A stretch of 64,000 nt of DNA, taken from contig JBHGNT010000013.1 of NCBI GenBank assembly GCA_043228905.1, forward strand, positions 8,990,001-9,054,000, given 5' to 3'. This document shows, one piece after another, positions 22,502 to 36,700 of the stretch. Below the pieces are notes generated by a model. The model was not told where the DNA came from, did no database searches, and saw only the letters and a list, made by a program, of their open reading frames with translations. This stretch comes from Azolla caroliniana. Its lineage: Eukaryota > Plantae > Polypodiophyta. Numbering within the stretch: the stretch's first letter is position 1; every line of letters begins with the position of its first letter. Both the position numbers and the translations under genes were made by a program.

Positions 22502-23238
22502 ACGGCTTATCACGACACTCTTATTTTGCACCAAAACCAGGGGACCCAACTTATGACCATCAAGACCAAGTCCTTTTGAGCCCGAGTCATCTACGATTAA
22601 TTGTGACAAATGTTTTTGAAGTAAGGATTTCGGTTCCTCTGGATGGGATATGAGTACCCGGCAAGGAAGACCCAGTGAGAACCGGATGACGAAGGCCCGG
22701 AGAGAACCGGATGATTAAGACCTGGTAAGAACCCCTCACCGGATGAAGGGACATATATGTAAATATGTTCTAGAGAGCCCACTGGGGCTATATTTGTAAA
22801 TAGCCCAAAATTCATATTACTATAAATATGACCTAGGGCAAATAGTGTTGTTATTATTTTGTATAGAGTTATTGGTGTAACTATTGTACAGAGTGTAGGA
22901 GAGGAAAGGAGAGAGAGAGAGAGAGAGAGAGACAGAGTGAGTCTCTATTGTAACCGCCGCCAGGCGAAGATTGAGAGCAAGAGGTTGTGGGCTCTGTGTT
23001 CATTTGTTCTATTCCTCTCTACATACTGATAGTTGGAGTTTGTGAACACCCGTGGTTTTTCCCATTTAAGGTTTTCCACGTTAACATCCTATGCATTCTC
23101 TTCTATGTGTGTACTTACTTCCATTTCTTATCTTTCTGTGTTTGATTATCATTGAAGTGATCTAAGTCTCGGTTGTGGCCGAAGATTATTTCGCATAGTT
23201 CCCATCAATCTGGTATCAGAGCAAAACGACACAGAAAA

Positions 23239-23615
23239 ATGGAAGATTCGTTGGGAGGCATGTTCAAGCTCATTGGCGCCAACTAGTCAATGTGGAAGTC
23301 GAAGATGAGGGACATGCTCGTGGTTAAAGATCTTTGATTGTCGGTTCAAGTTGAACTTGCTAGATGAGGAGGCGCGTCGGAAAGACAAAGAGGTGATCTC
23401 CGACCCCAAAGCACTCCTTACCGAATCATAATGCAAAAGACAAAGGAATCGGAGTCCCTAGAACCGGGAAAAGTCAGGGATAGCTCAAAGTCAAGGGGGA
23501 GGCCCACTTGCTTCTATTGCGGCAAGCCGGGGCACTTCCAGATGAACTGTCGGCATTTCCGAAAAGAAAAGGAAATCGACAATACAGATTCGAAGTGGTC
23601 ACCGGACTGGAACGG
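23239..23615 (+). pseudogene. copia-3 gag remnant with zinc knuckle
   Basis: CFYCGKPGHFQMNC; most of gag is deleted near 23350. Confidence 0.8.
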
Positions 23616-24375
23616 TGTCGCAGTGTATTCCACACACTACGTGAAAACCATAAAATAATATATCTGATTTTAGATACATATAAATAAATAAATAATATAT
23701 CAAAATATTTATCAGGTGCATAAGGCAAGATTTGAACCCTATACCTCCACATAGCCATACCTCAACTTTACCATTATACTACATTATCTTTAGTGTTATA
23801 CAAATAGATTTAATAATTATAACTGCTTTATTTGCGCCTACCTTTATTAAAAGGTAAATCATGCATTTTTAGAGTGCGTGAATATTTTATAGAAAAACGC
23901 AAGCAACTAAAAAGTGACTCATGCACATCTAGCGTGCATGAGCACTATATTTAGCAAATAAAAGCAAGGATTAGAAAAGCATCACATGCACATTTAGTGT
24001 GCGTGAACATATTAGAAAAAAGCATGTAGTTATGCTTAGTCTCTCCCATCACTATATAAGGATGGGGAGCACATTGTAGTTTTTGTTGATTTTTTTTCTA
24101 TAATGATCAATCAATCTAAAATATTCGTGGGATTCACAAATTTGCTAAAATAATTCTCTCTTACTACCTAAATATTGACTAAATATACTAAACTCGTGGG
24201 ATTCACAAGATTCTTATCTTATAACTCTTTATACCTATTCTTTACTAGCCTTATTTGTATTTTTCTTCCTCCTAGTCCAAAACCTCGGCGGTTCCCACCC
24301 GACTCACGCAACAATCCGGAGCCGAAAGGCACGGCACAGTTGGTGAACCCAACGTGAAGACCGGGTGGCAAGGAG

Positions 24376-26388
24376 ATGGAAAATCAACTGGAGGCTAGCA
24401 ACATGATGATGATGTTTGAGCGCATGCTACGAGAACAACGCGCGATGTCGGAGATAGCAGCATCAGTGGAGCGGCTCGTGCAACGAAACGGGAAATTCAA
24501 CGAGAAAGACGTGTCGCGGTATCTTCGGGACTACAAGGCGGAGATGCTACGGTGCGGAATATCGGAAGGACTGCAAGTGACGTCCTTCAACCGGGTGGCG
24601 ACCGACAGGCTTCAAGCAAGCATCCATGGGCTACGACAACAAAATCTGACATGGGAGGCGTTTGAAGAAGAGCTAAAGAGGACGTTCGCCATCGAGGATT
24701 CCTCCAAGGCGACGCGAAGGGGATTCGAAGATTGGGTGGAGACGCCGGACAAGGGATTGAAGGTCGTTGATGTGTTTTCGGCATTCGAAAGCCGGTTCGG
24801 GAGGTTGTCCGCGAGAGATCAAGCTATCCTCGTATCGGACAAGGTGATCATGTTCTTGCGAGCCGTGGAAGTCCGGGACCGGAAAGATCTTGGAGTGCTC
24901 TTAGAGGACACGACCACGGTGAGTGGCCTCACCGAAACATGGGAAAGCGTGCGGGATATCGTCACGCGATACACGAAAAGGGGGCAATGGCTTGCGAACG
25001 AGGAAAAGAGGGTTTCGGAACCGATTCCAAAACCGAGAACCAGATTGGAAGACCATCAACCGAGGGCTTGGGAGACTACAACCGAGAAGGGGATTGATGC
25101 ATCTACGGTGGAGCAACTATTGAAGGAGAGGGAGAATCTTAAGATCGCGATGGTGAAGAAGTCGGATAACCGACCCACAAGCTCCAAGTATACGGACCGA
25201 CGGTGCATATGGTGCGATAGCGCCGAACACGATCGGAGGGATTGCGACAAGCATAAGGAGGTGCTACAACGGGATCTCATCTACTACGAGGGAAACCGGA
25301 TTCATTCGATGGACTCTCGGAAGCCACTCCGACCGAACTTCCGGAAAGGCGGCATGAAGAAGGTGCTCGAGGAGGAATTGGTGGCAAGAAGCAACTATGC
25401 GACAACCGCGGGAATATGTGTCGGGGAGTCATCGAGAGCAAAGACGTCTTTTTGGCCGGAAGTTCTAGAAAACACCGAGAAAACCGACTCCAACGAGATC
25501 CGAAGCACCGCGGAAGGTGTCCGGGAAGCTACGGGATGGGAGTGCCCTGTCGACAAGAATAGCGTATACGCCCTGTGTCAATTGCATAAGGTGTATGTGG
25601 ACGAGAAACGACGACGCACGGAGGATGCGGGCGGGCCATCGAAGATACCAGAAAGCTGGAACTCCGGAGGTAAGGGAAAAGAAAAGGAAACTCCGGCATT
25701 CAAGCTCGCCTCGGACATAGAACAACAAACCGACTTGAAAAGAGTGTTCGAGGAAAGGATCTTGGATAGCCGGGTAGATTTCTCGCTTCGGGAGCTACTC
25801 GGAATAGCAAAGAAGGAGTTCCACGATCTTCTCGTGGATCTCGTGAAGCGAAAAAGACAAAGTACGGAGGAAAATGCTCCAAGGGTGAATGCGAACACCG
25901 TTTTAATGAATGACACCAAAGTGGAGGACGAAATTCCGAACTCCCACTATACAAGGCCACATTGGGCACGCGCGACTATGGAGACTCCGGTCTGAATCGG
26001 CAACATCAAAGAACCCGTGCTAGCATTGATTGATCACGGATCGGAGGTCAACTTGATGTCCAAGGAGTTCTACCAGAAGGGGAAGTGGCCTATTAACACC
26101 AACCATGGATGGAAGATTCGGGCGGCCACCAAAGCAACGGAAGATCTATTTGGGGATGTCGAGATCGACCAAAATTTCTTCGTGCAAGATGAGGTTTCAC
26201 ATTCCGTCATCCTCGGCCAACCCTTTATCACGGCATCACGGATGGAGACGAAGGTGCTCGATAGTGGTGCGGCTTTTGCGCGAATTCGGAGCCAAAACGG
26301 TGGGAAATCCGTCCAATTCCTAACGGTGTCGGCAAATCACGAAAGGAACAAGAGGGAACTCTTGTCCCAAGTGAGAATGGATTTTTAA
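24376..26388 (+). pseudogene. ORF1 gag + protease
   Basis: CIWCDSAEHDRRDC knuckle and ALIDHGSEVN/VILGQPF protease in one frame, with one stop at 25993. Confidence 0.9.
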
Positions 26389-26442
26389 AGCGGATTGTTG
26401 CGGAGTGGGGAAGTGATAGTCCGAGAAGCCCTGATACCCCAC
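26379..26442 (+). promoter_or_regulatory. Predicted -1 ribosomal frameshift signal (slippery G GAT TTT plus H-type pseudoknot)
   Basis: Heptamer 26379-26385 lies just before the ORF1 stop. Stem 26391-26401/26413-26423; loop GTGGGG pairs with CCCCAC 26437-26442. The -1 frame is open into pol. Confidence 0.75.
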
Positions 26443-29400
26443 ACAGGAAGAAAACTCTCGGAGCAAAACATGTACGAATCGGTCCGGATGGGGCATCTAC
26501 TTACACGACCGTAACCGGAGGATTGAAGAAAGGATACCGACAAGTGGAGGATAAGTTGTGGTCGGCATCAATAATAAAAGAAGATGAAGAAATCATGGGG
26601 ATAGTCGAAGAAGTGTTCTATGGGAGCACGCTACAACGACTTGAAGAGCTTGCGGAAGATAAAAGCCAAGGGAACCGGGTAGTCCCAGTGGAATCGGTCG
26701 AGATGTACGAGATCATTGTGAAAATGGAGCCAGATACGCTCCGTAAAGAAGAAGCAATGGTAAGTACGAAATACAAGACCGTGGAGAAGAAGGTGAAACC
26801 GGCCGCGGGATCACTACCCGCCGATAGCGAACAAAAGAGGAAAGAAGTCTCGGGAGATCCGACACTTCAGAAGTCCGTGGATATCGGACATGCCTTCACG
26901 GATGAGACCCGGAAGAAACTTCGGATCGGTGGAGGTGGGTTCCTATTACAAAAAGAAGAAGAACGGTTTCGCGAGATGTTGGAGCAACACGGCAAAGCGT
27001 TTGCATTTACATCAAAGGAGATAGGGTGCGTCGATCCGAGAATAGTGGAGCCGATGGTGATCTTCACGATTGACCATGTACCGTGGAACCTGAAGCCAAT
27101 TCCAGTGCCACGAGCGCATATTCCGAAAGTCATTGACTTGCTCAAGGAGAAGGTGGCGATGGGGATTCTAGAGCCATCAACTGCTCCGTACTCAAATCGA
27201 TGGTTTACGGTTCCGAAGAAGAATGGGTCACTCCGATTTATCCAAGACTTGCAACCGGTGAATAAGGTCACGATCCGGAACTCGGGAGTCGGTCCGATAG
27301 TGGACGAATTTGCGGAAGCTTTTGCCGGTCATGCGATACACTCCATCGGAGACCTATACTCGGGGTATGACCAATTCCAACTAGACGTGGAGCGCCGAGA
27401 CATCACAACCATGCGAACACCGATAGGATTAGTCCGAATGTGCACACTACCACAAGGAGCAACAAACTCGGTTGCTCATATGATGAACGCGATGAACAAG
27501 GTGCTTCAAGACTGCATTCCGGAGATAACGATGCCGTTCCTCGATGACATTCCGATGAAAGGATGCGCGGTAGAAGAAAAAGATGAGACTATGGATGATC
27601 GGGGATGCCGAAAGTTCGTGGTCGACCATATTCATGATTGCGAGAAAGTGTTGCGAAAGCTAGAAGATGTGCACCTAACACTTTCCGGGGAGAAATCGGC
27701 ATTCGGGCAAGAAGAAATATTGGTGGTCGGACATCTATGTGGGCCCTACGGCCGAAGACCGTCACCAACAAAGATCGATGCGATTCAAGCTATGGAGGAA
27801 ATATGCGAGTCAACATCCGAAGTTCGAAGGTTTCTCGGTGCATGTGCATTCTATCACATATGGATTCCGCACTATCCACATATAGCGGACCCGCTCTACC
27901 ACTTGTTGCGGAAAGGTAAGAAATTCGAATGGAAACCGGAACACACCAAAGCCATGAAGAAATTGAAGAAGACACTTCGGAGGGCGGAAGCACTTAAGAA
28001 GCCGAGCTACGACCGACCGATCATAGTAACGGTTGATACAAGTCCAACTGTTATCGGGTGGGTCATCAATCAAGCCGACTCGGATGGTTCGCGGTATCCG
28101 ATCCGATTCGGAGCAAAGGTTCTTAACGAAAGGCAACGTGGATATGCACAAGTCAAAAGAGAACTGTGGGGAGTCGTGTCGATGATAAAATCGGATCGGG
28201 ATTATTTGATCGGAGCCGAAGTGGTGATCGAGACGGATTGTCTTCTGATACTCAGGATGATGCGGTGTTGTACGATACCGGATGTAGCTATGCTAAGGTG
28301 GGTTGCATATGTCAAGTCGCTTAATCCGGAGGTTTGACACATCTCGGGGAAGAACAACGCGGTAGCGGATATGTTATCAAGGGCTCGGTTCGGAGACGAC
28401 ATAACCGAATCGGATAATGAAGAAGTTTCCGAAGACTACTTCGCGTCGGAGCACATATGCCGAGTGAACGTAATCCGAGAATTCCGGGAAGAAGAATACG
28501 AGGGAGAAAGTTTGATGATCGGAAAGATGTTACAAGAGGCCGAGGACTCAACAAACGATAAAGGAAGAAGAGCCGAGATCCGAAGGAAGAAGAGGCAAGT
28601 CCAAAAGTTCTTCTTGGAAAACGGATTAATATGGAGGACGTCGAAAAGACCGGATGGTATACCACTTCGAGTAGTCGGGACAAAAGAGCAACGAAACCGG
28701 ATAATGTCCGAGTTTCACGAATCCGATTGGGCTGGACACCGAGGAACATGGGCAACATTTGTGAAGATCAAGCAAAAATATTGGTGGAAGAAAATGTACA
28801 AAGATGTCGCGGAGTTCACGGAAAGCTGCGAGAAATGTCAAGTCTACTCCGGGGTTCGACATCAAGATGAGTTACATCCGACATTCTCACCGACAATCAA
28901 CTTCAAGTGGATGGTCGACATAGTGGCCATGCCGACCGGGATCAGACAAAAGAAATACTTGGTATTAGCTCGGGAAGATCTCACGAATCAAGTAGAAGGT
29001 CGAGCGCTTCAGAGGAAAACGTGTTCCGCGGTATGCCAATTTCTTTTGGAGGAAGTATTTTGCAGGTACGGGTGCGTAGGGCAAGTGATTGCGGACCGGG
29101 GAGAACTCGACTTGGACAAAGCTAGGGGATTCTTTGCCAAACACGGAGTTCGGTTATCGCTGACAACGGCATACAATCCGGAGGCCAACGGGAAAATCGA
29201 ACGAGGACATAGTCCGATCGTGAAAGCACTTGCGAAGGCATGCGATGGAAAGGTGAAGGACTGGCCGCAGATGCTTCCGTATGCACTATGGGCGGATCGG
29301 ACGACGCATAGCTCCGTAACCGGTTACATGCCGGCAGAACTCATGATCGGACAAGCACCGGTAATGCTGACGGAAACCGCGATCGCAACATGGACAGTGC

Positions 29401-29977
29401 TACCGTGGAAGGAAGAGATGAGCCGGGAAGAACTACTAGCGGTCCGGATACGACAACTAGAGGGAAGACCGGCAGACATAGCGGAAGCAATATGCCGACA
29501 ATAAGAAGCACGGTTCCAGAACAAAAGCCGGTTCGACACAAAGCACCGACTACGACCGAGGAGGATTGAAGAAGGAGATTGGGTGATCATCTATGACAGT
29601 AGTTTGGACCATCAACATACAACGATGCGGAAATTCGCGAAAAGGTGGTTCGGACCATACGAAGTTCGGAAAGTCTTCGACAACGGAACCTACCGACTGT
29701 CCGAGTTGGATGGAACAATAGTACGAGTGCCTATAGCCGGGAAGCGGGTGAAGATTTTCAAGAAGCGGACCGACGACAAACCCTATGTGATCCAAGCTAA
29801 GGCCGACAACGAGGAGCAATCGGACGAAGACCACGGTGATGCGGGAAGCGAAGAAAGTGAATTACAACTCATAGTCGACATTAGGGGAGAATCAGAGGAC
29901 GCTTTGGGTGAAGACGGATATGAGGAATCGAGAACTTCGGCACATACCGGAGGATGTGCGGGTTCGGAGGGGGCGAG
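26385..29977 (+). pseudogene. ORF2 pol (RT-RNase H-integrase), -1 frame
   Basis: PFLDD RT, VDTS..RELWG..ETD RNase H, HESDWAGH..CEKC, ADRGE, YNPEANG integrase; stops at 28335 and 29502. Confidence 0.93.
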
Positions 29978-30674
29978 TGTCGTAGTGTATTCCACACACT
30001 ATGTGAAAACCATAAAATAATATATCCGATTTTAGATACATATAAATAAATAAATAATATATCAAAATATTTATTACATGCAAAAGGCAGGATTTAAACC
30101 CTATACCTCCACGTAGCCAAACCTCAACTTTACCATTATGCTACCTTATCTTTAGTGTTTTACAAATAGATTTTATAACTATAACTGCTTTATTAAATCA
30201 TGCATTTTTAGAGTGCGTGAATATTTTATAGAAAAACGCAAGCAACTAAAAAGTGACTCATGCACATCTAGCGTGCATGAGCACTATATTTAGCAAATAA
30301 AAACAAGGATTAGAAAAGCATCACATGCACATTTAGTGTGCGTGAACATATTAGAAAAAAGCATGTAGCTATGCTTAGTCTCTCCCATCACTATATAAGG
30401 ATGGGGAGCACATTGTAGTTTTTGTTGATTTTTTTTCTATAATGATCAATCAATCTAAAATATCCGTGGGATTCACGAATTTGCTAAAATAATTCTCTCT
30501 TACTACCTAAATATTGACTAAATATACTAAACTCGTGGGATTCACAAGATTCTTATCTTATAACTCTTTATACCTATTCTTTACTAGCCTTATTTGTATT
30601 TTTCTTCCTCCTAGTCCAAAACCTCGGCGGTTCCGACTCACGCAACAATCCGGAGCCGAAAGGCACGACGACGG

Positions 30675-32106
30675 TTAAGACCGGAGGGGACCGGACGAGA
30701 AGGGAACGAAGGCAATCGTGGCAAGTGAAGAAGAGTTGATGCTAATCACCGAGGAGATTGAGTTGAACCTTGCCGGCAACGAGACAACGTGGGTTGTCGA
30801 TTCTGAAGTGTCATTCCACCTGACCTCGGACCGGAAATGCTTCTCATCCTACACAACCGGTGAGCACGGCTGTGTCCGGATGGGCAATGAAGGTACATGC
30901 CGAATCTTTGGCATAAGAGACGTGTGGCTGACAACACCAACCGGATGCAAGTTGTTGTTGAAGGATGTCTGACATGTTTCGGAGGTTCGACTGAACCTAA
31001 TATCAGCCGGTAGGCTAAACGATGAAGTTTACATGGGTAGCATCCGGAACGGAGTCATGAAGTTCAACAAAGGGAGCCTAATAGTGGCTAGGGCCCGGAA
31101 AGCCAACACACTGTACCTGATGAATGCCCGGTCATGCCGGGAAGAAGTGAACGTTGCATCCGACACTACCGGTGAGCTGTGGAACAAGAGACTGTGTCAC
31201 ATGAGTGACAAGGGAATGAAGAGGCTTGCCGATGACAACCTCATTCCGGTGAAAGACGTGCACCTTGAGAGGTGCACCGACTGCCTAGCCGGTAAGCAAA
31301 ACCGGACCTCCTTCTGCTTAAGGCCACCGATGAGACGTAATACACCACTGAAGCTGGTGCATACCGATGTGTGTCAAGTGGACACAAAGTCACATGCCGG
31401 AGCGCAGTACTTCATGACGTTCATAGATGACCACAACCGGAAGCTATGGGCCACACCGCTAAAGACGAAGGATCAGGTGTTATTCGTCTTCAAGGAGCTC
31501 CACGCAAGAGTGGAAAGAGAAACCGGCAGGAAGCTGAAGGCGGTTCGAGCAGATAACGGAGGAGAATACCGGAGGCAGTTTGAGGAGTACTGCCGCTCGA
31601 AGGGAATCCGGCTCGAATTTGCCGTGCCGAAGACGCCGGAACTAAACAAGCTGGCCGAGAGGATGAACCGGACCATAATGGAGAGGTTCTGGAGTATGTT
31701 GGCACATGCAAGGTTACCCAAGATGTTTTGGGCTGAGGCGCTGGCAACAACGACATACGTGATAAATTCATCACCCTCAGCGCCCTTGGACGGAGACATG
31801 CCGCAGAGAGTGTGGAACTATAAGGAAGTGTCTCGCTTACGTGTATGTTGCAAAGGACCGGAGAGCTAAGTTGGATCTAAAATCTCAGCCTTGCATATTC
31901 CTCAGATACGACGATGATGAGTTCGGCTACCGAGTGTGGGATCCGGTCAACAAGAAGGTTTACCGGAGTCAAGATATTATCTTCATGGAGGACAACACCC
32001 TTGCCGACTGGGAGTCGAAGAACAAGATAATGAACTCCGAGTCAACCGGTAAGGATTTGTTCGATGAGATTCGGACCTATCCGGCTAAGAGCCGGTTGAC
32101 ACTCGA
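30675..32106 (+). pseudogene. copia-3 protease/integrase, copy 1
   Basis: WVVDSEVSFHL, VHTDVC, RADNGGEY, AERMNRT. Confidence 0.9.
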
Positions 32107-32108
32107 TG

Positions 32109-33304
32109 ACCTTTATTAAAAGGTAAATCATGCATTTTTAGAGTGCGTGAATATTTTATAGAAAAACGCAAGCAACTAAAAAGTGACTCATGCACATCTA
32201 GCGTGCATGAGCACTATATTTAGCAAATAAAAGCAAGGATTAGAAAAGCATCACATGCACATTTAGTGTGCGTGAACATATTAGAAAAAAGCATGTAGCT
32301 ATGCTTAGTCTCTCCCATCACTATATAAGGATGGGGAGCACATTGTAGTTTTTGTTGATTTTTTTTCTATAATGATCAATCAATCTAAAATATTCGTGGG
32401 ATTCACGAATTTGCTAAAATAATTCTCTCTTACTACCTAAATATTGACTAAATATACTAAACTCGTGGGATTCACAAGATTCTTATCTTATAACTCTTTA
32501 TACCTATTCTTTACTAGCCTTATTTGTATTTTTCTTCCTCCTAGTCCAAAACCTCGGCGGTTCCGACTCACGCAACAATCCGGAGCCGAAAGGCACGACG
32601 ACGGTTAAGACCGGAGGGGACCGGACGAGAAGGGAACGAAGGCAATCGTGGCAAGTGAAGAAGAGTTGATGCTAATCACCGAGGAGATTGAGTTGAACCT
32701 TGCCGGCAACGAGACAACGTGGGTTGTCGATTCTGAAGTGTCATTCCACCTGACCTCGGACCGGAAATGCTTCTCATCCTACACAACCGGTGAGCACGGC
32801 TGTGTCCGGATGGGCAATGAAGGTACATGCCGAATCTTTGGCATAAGAGACGTGTGGCTGACAACACCAACCGGATGCAAGTTGTTGTTGAAGGATGTCT
32901 GACATGTTTCGGAGGTTCGACTGAACCTAATATCAGCCGGTAGGCTAAACGATGAAGTTTACATGGGTAGCATCCGGAACGGAGTCATGAAGTTCAACAA
33001 AGGGAGCCTAATAGTGGCTAGGGCCCGGAAAGCCAACACACTGTACCTGATGAATGCCCGGTCATGCCGGGAAGAAGTGAACGTTGCATCCGACACTACC
33101 GGTGAGCTGTGGAACAAGAGACTGTGTCACATGAGTGACAAGGGAATGAAGAGGCTTGCCGATGACAACCTCATTCCGGTGAAAGACGTGCACCTTGAGA
33201 GGTGCACCGACTGCCTAGCCGGTAAGCAAAACCGGACCTCCTTCTGCTTAAGGCCACCGATGAGACGTAATACACCACTGAAGCTGGTGCATACCGATGT
33301 GTGT
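32109..33304 (+). repeat. Left part of a ~1.93-kb tandem duplication (partial gypsy LTR plus copia-3 PR/INT); continues at 43519-44248
   Basis: Offset of 1930 bp from 30190-31374. It includes the same LTR/ACGG/copia junction. Confidence 0.95.
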
Positions 33305-33746
33305 TGTTGGCCAGTCAGAAGAGCAAGGACAAGTGGGAAGGCGGAGTCGGATCGGATAATAGGAAGTAAATAATAGTAGAATTATTATTCGGAGGGACGG
33401 ATCCGATACAGATGTACCGATCCGGATCCGGACCGATTCGGATGTCGGTTGCCTAAGCGCACCGATTGTAACCTTGCCGGATGCCTATAAAAGGATCCGA
33501 TGATTTGTAAAGGGTTTGACGGAAGTAATACAATAGTAATTATTGCGTGTTTATCTGTATCTTCGTATTGTTTACCGTCTGTGGTTAATTGTAATCATCT
33601 TACGCGTGTGACCTAGCATCCAATCCTTACCACCCCTTTGGAGAAGTGTCGGATAGACACCTGTGTTGAGGCTAGTCCGGCCAGGCAGACAACACTATTT
33701 TGGCGACCACGATTCTTGCAAAGTGCAGAGCACAACCGGGGGATGG

Positions 33747-36700
33747 ATGTCTAGACCAAACGACGACCACATCACCGAACGAGGGAGACGATACACCGAA
33801 CGCGAGCAACGATGGGAAGCCCTGCAGCAAGCCGTCGACGAGATCCGGCGGGATCGGTCATTCTCCAAAACTCTTCGGAGAGTCGCAGAAGAAGCACTGC
33901 AGTTCCGGGTTCTGCAAATCCCCGACGAAGGCAGTAGCATAACAAGCCTGCAAGAGGCGGAAACGATATTACAGACGCTCGTCGGGGGCGATGGGGACTC
34001 GGAAGCATTCGCAACACTTGAGGCGGAGTCGGAAAGCGACGGAAGCGTTGTGTCCCGGTATAAAAGCAGCCACGACACACCAAACAACCGGGAGGAAGAG
34101 GGGTCGGAAGACTCAGTAACACCGGAGCCAGAGGAAGAAATAACCCTGGAATTCGGTGACCAGCAATCGCCGAGGGAGGCTGACCGGATACCGACAACAA
34201 CCGCGAAGGAACCGAAGGAGCGGATACCGACAACACCCGCGAAGGAACCGAAGGAGCGGATACCGACAACACCCGCGGAGGAACCAAAGGACCGGACACC
34301 GGCAAAACCCGCGGAGGAACCAAAGGTTCTCACACCAATGCCAACAGCGGACAGAGAGCGGAGGAAGCAGGAGAGTCAGTTGGACGACACGATGCCGTAC
34401 CCATACCCAAAGTACCGGGATGAGGCCGACGCGGAGGCACACGTGTACGCATTCCTCCAAATATGGGAAGCCAACCATGTCTCCCAAAGACTGACGGAGC
34501 CCGAAGCCGAACGATCCAAAGTCGTCGAATTCGGCATAACCTTAGAAGGACCGGCGGCCTGATGGCACGCAAAGCACTTACCGGGCAGCTTTGCCACATT
34601 CGATGCCTTGAAGGCCAGATTCCTCAGGCTTTTTCACAGACAATTTGAGCAAAGGGAATTGGTCGGGCAGTTCTACACCACCCGGCAAGAAGAGAACGAG
34701 ACTGTGCCACAATTCATCATTCGGTTTCAGACCCTGCACAGCCAACTGACAAGAGCACCACCCGAAGACGAAGCCAAAGCAGTCTTTTTGGCCGCGTTGA
34801 AAGAGCCACTTCGAACAATGTGCGGAGTCCTTGATTTCCAAACCAGCACAATGGACCAAGTTATTGATCGGGTTTTAGAAATGGACAAGACTAGCCCCTT
34901 CTTGTCGATGGGGATGTTACACCGGGCACTCCCGAAGGAGGAAGACCTGAGGTTCCGATAGGCCTTACAATGCACAACATGCCTAAATTCGGGGCACTCA
35001 ACAGTAGACTGCACCCTGCGGACACAATGTATGATCTGCAACTCTCGAGCCCATACAACGGACTAATGCAAATATAACCTGTTAAATCGGCAGGCAGCAC
35101 CGGTTCGACACATAGAACCGCGCAATCAGAACCCGGACGAGGATCGATTCCGGAGAGACGACCGCTACCAATGCGAACGCGGTAACAGATACGCTGATAG
35201 AAGACGCGATAACTATGACCGAGAGGAGAGACACAGAGATAGCTACCCCCGGGACTGGTACGACCGAGACGAATCCCTAGAATACGAACGACGCAGAGAA
35301 GAGAAGCGACAAGGGAACCGAAATTTCCGACGGAATCAGAAGCGTGGATTTTTCCGAAGAGAGGAACGTCGGGAGGCAGCGAGGAATGACAACCCGGTAT
35401 CGGTACCGGATAATCGAAAAACCGAAGACGACCGCCGGAGCATACCCACCCTCCAAACCGGGGACAAAGGAGAAACGAGCAACAGTCACAAGGTGTACTG
35501 TTATTACTGTCGTAAGGAAGGCCACTATAGTAACCAATGCCCAAGCAAAACCAATGACAAGTAGCCGGAAGTCAACATGGTTACAGCCGAAATAACAGAA
35601 GTACAGCAGGTCACAACCCGGTCAAAGGGAAAGACCGCCGAGTGGGAAGCCCAGGAGGCAATCAGAAAACAAGCGGCACAATGGATCAAGTAGGCCAATG
35701 AACAGAATGCGGCAGAAGTAAGAGACCAAAATATGCCAAAAGACGAAGAAATCATACAGCCAGGAGAAAACCCCACGTGGCAAGCGCTACAGGACTGTCA
35801 AATCGTGCTGCCGTTAGCACGACTACTACAGTTGGTGCCACGGTTTACGGCAGACTTACAGGCATCCGTGAGCAAACCGAAGCCGACGCCAGCACCGGCA
35901 TTCTTCTCCAACCCGGAGGAAGGACCAGCGGTGGTCGATACAAGTAGCCCGGCGATCACGGCAATCGTGAAAGGAAAGGAAATTGATGGAACGATTATTG
36001 ACGGAGGCTCCGGGGTAAATGTCATCAGCCGACAGACATGCAACAACCTGGGCATCCGGGAATGGGAACCATGCCCCTTCTGGTTACGCATGGCGGATAC
36101 CAGCTCAGTCCGACCGACCGGGCTTATCCGGGATTTGGAAGTAACGATCGGAGGCCACGTATTCCGGATATCGGCCGTGGTGCTGCAGCTGAATGTACAA
36201 GGCGCGTACCCCCTACTGCTAGGACGACCATGGCTGCGAACGGCGCATATCAAGCAGAACTGGCAAAAGAACATGATCACATTCCGGCGAGGGAAAACAA
36301 AGGTACGAGTAACGACGCAACCACAGGTGATCACCAGTAAGGAAGCAACTCCATTGTATGCGGAAAGCATTAACATGTTGGAGGGATTACCGGACGAGGA
36401 AGTCGAGCGGTACCTCGAGGAACACCCACGAATCGTCCCACTATTTGAGGTGGATATCACGGCGGCAGTAGAACCGTACATTACGACGCCGGATGAACCG
36501 GACCAAGCGGCGATCCGGGAACTGCGACAAGCGCAGGAATCCCTAGAGAGGGAAATGACGATATCCCAGAGAGTAAAAGCATCCTAACTAGAGGAGGTGG
36601 ACCTCGGCACAGCAGACAAGCCCCGACCGGTAAATGTTGCAAAGGAATTGCCGAAGGAAGAAAAGAAGGCAATGGTAGCATTATTAACAGACTTCAAGGA

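Larger units (their letters stand above)
23616..30670 (+). mobile_element. Full-length non-chromovirus Ty3/gypsy with tRNA-Trp PBS (fungal-like RT; possibly Phygy-type)
   Basis: LTRs 23616-24336 and 29978-30670; PBS TGGTGAACCCAACGTGA at 24341; PPT GGAGGGGGCGAG 29966-29977; 4-bp TSD ACGG. Confidence 0.93.
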
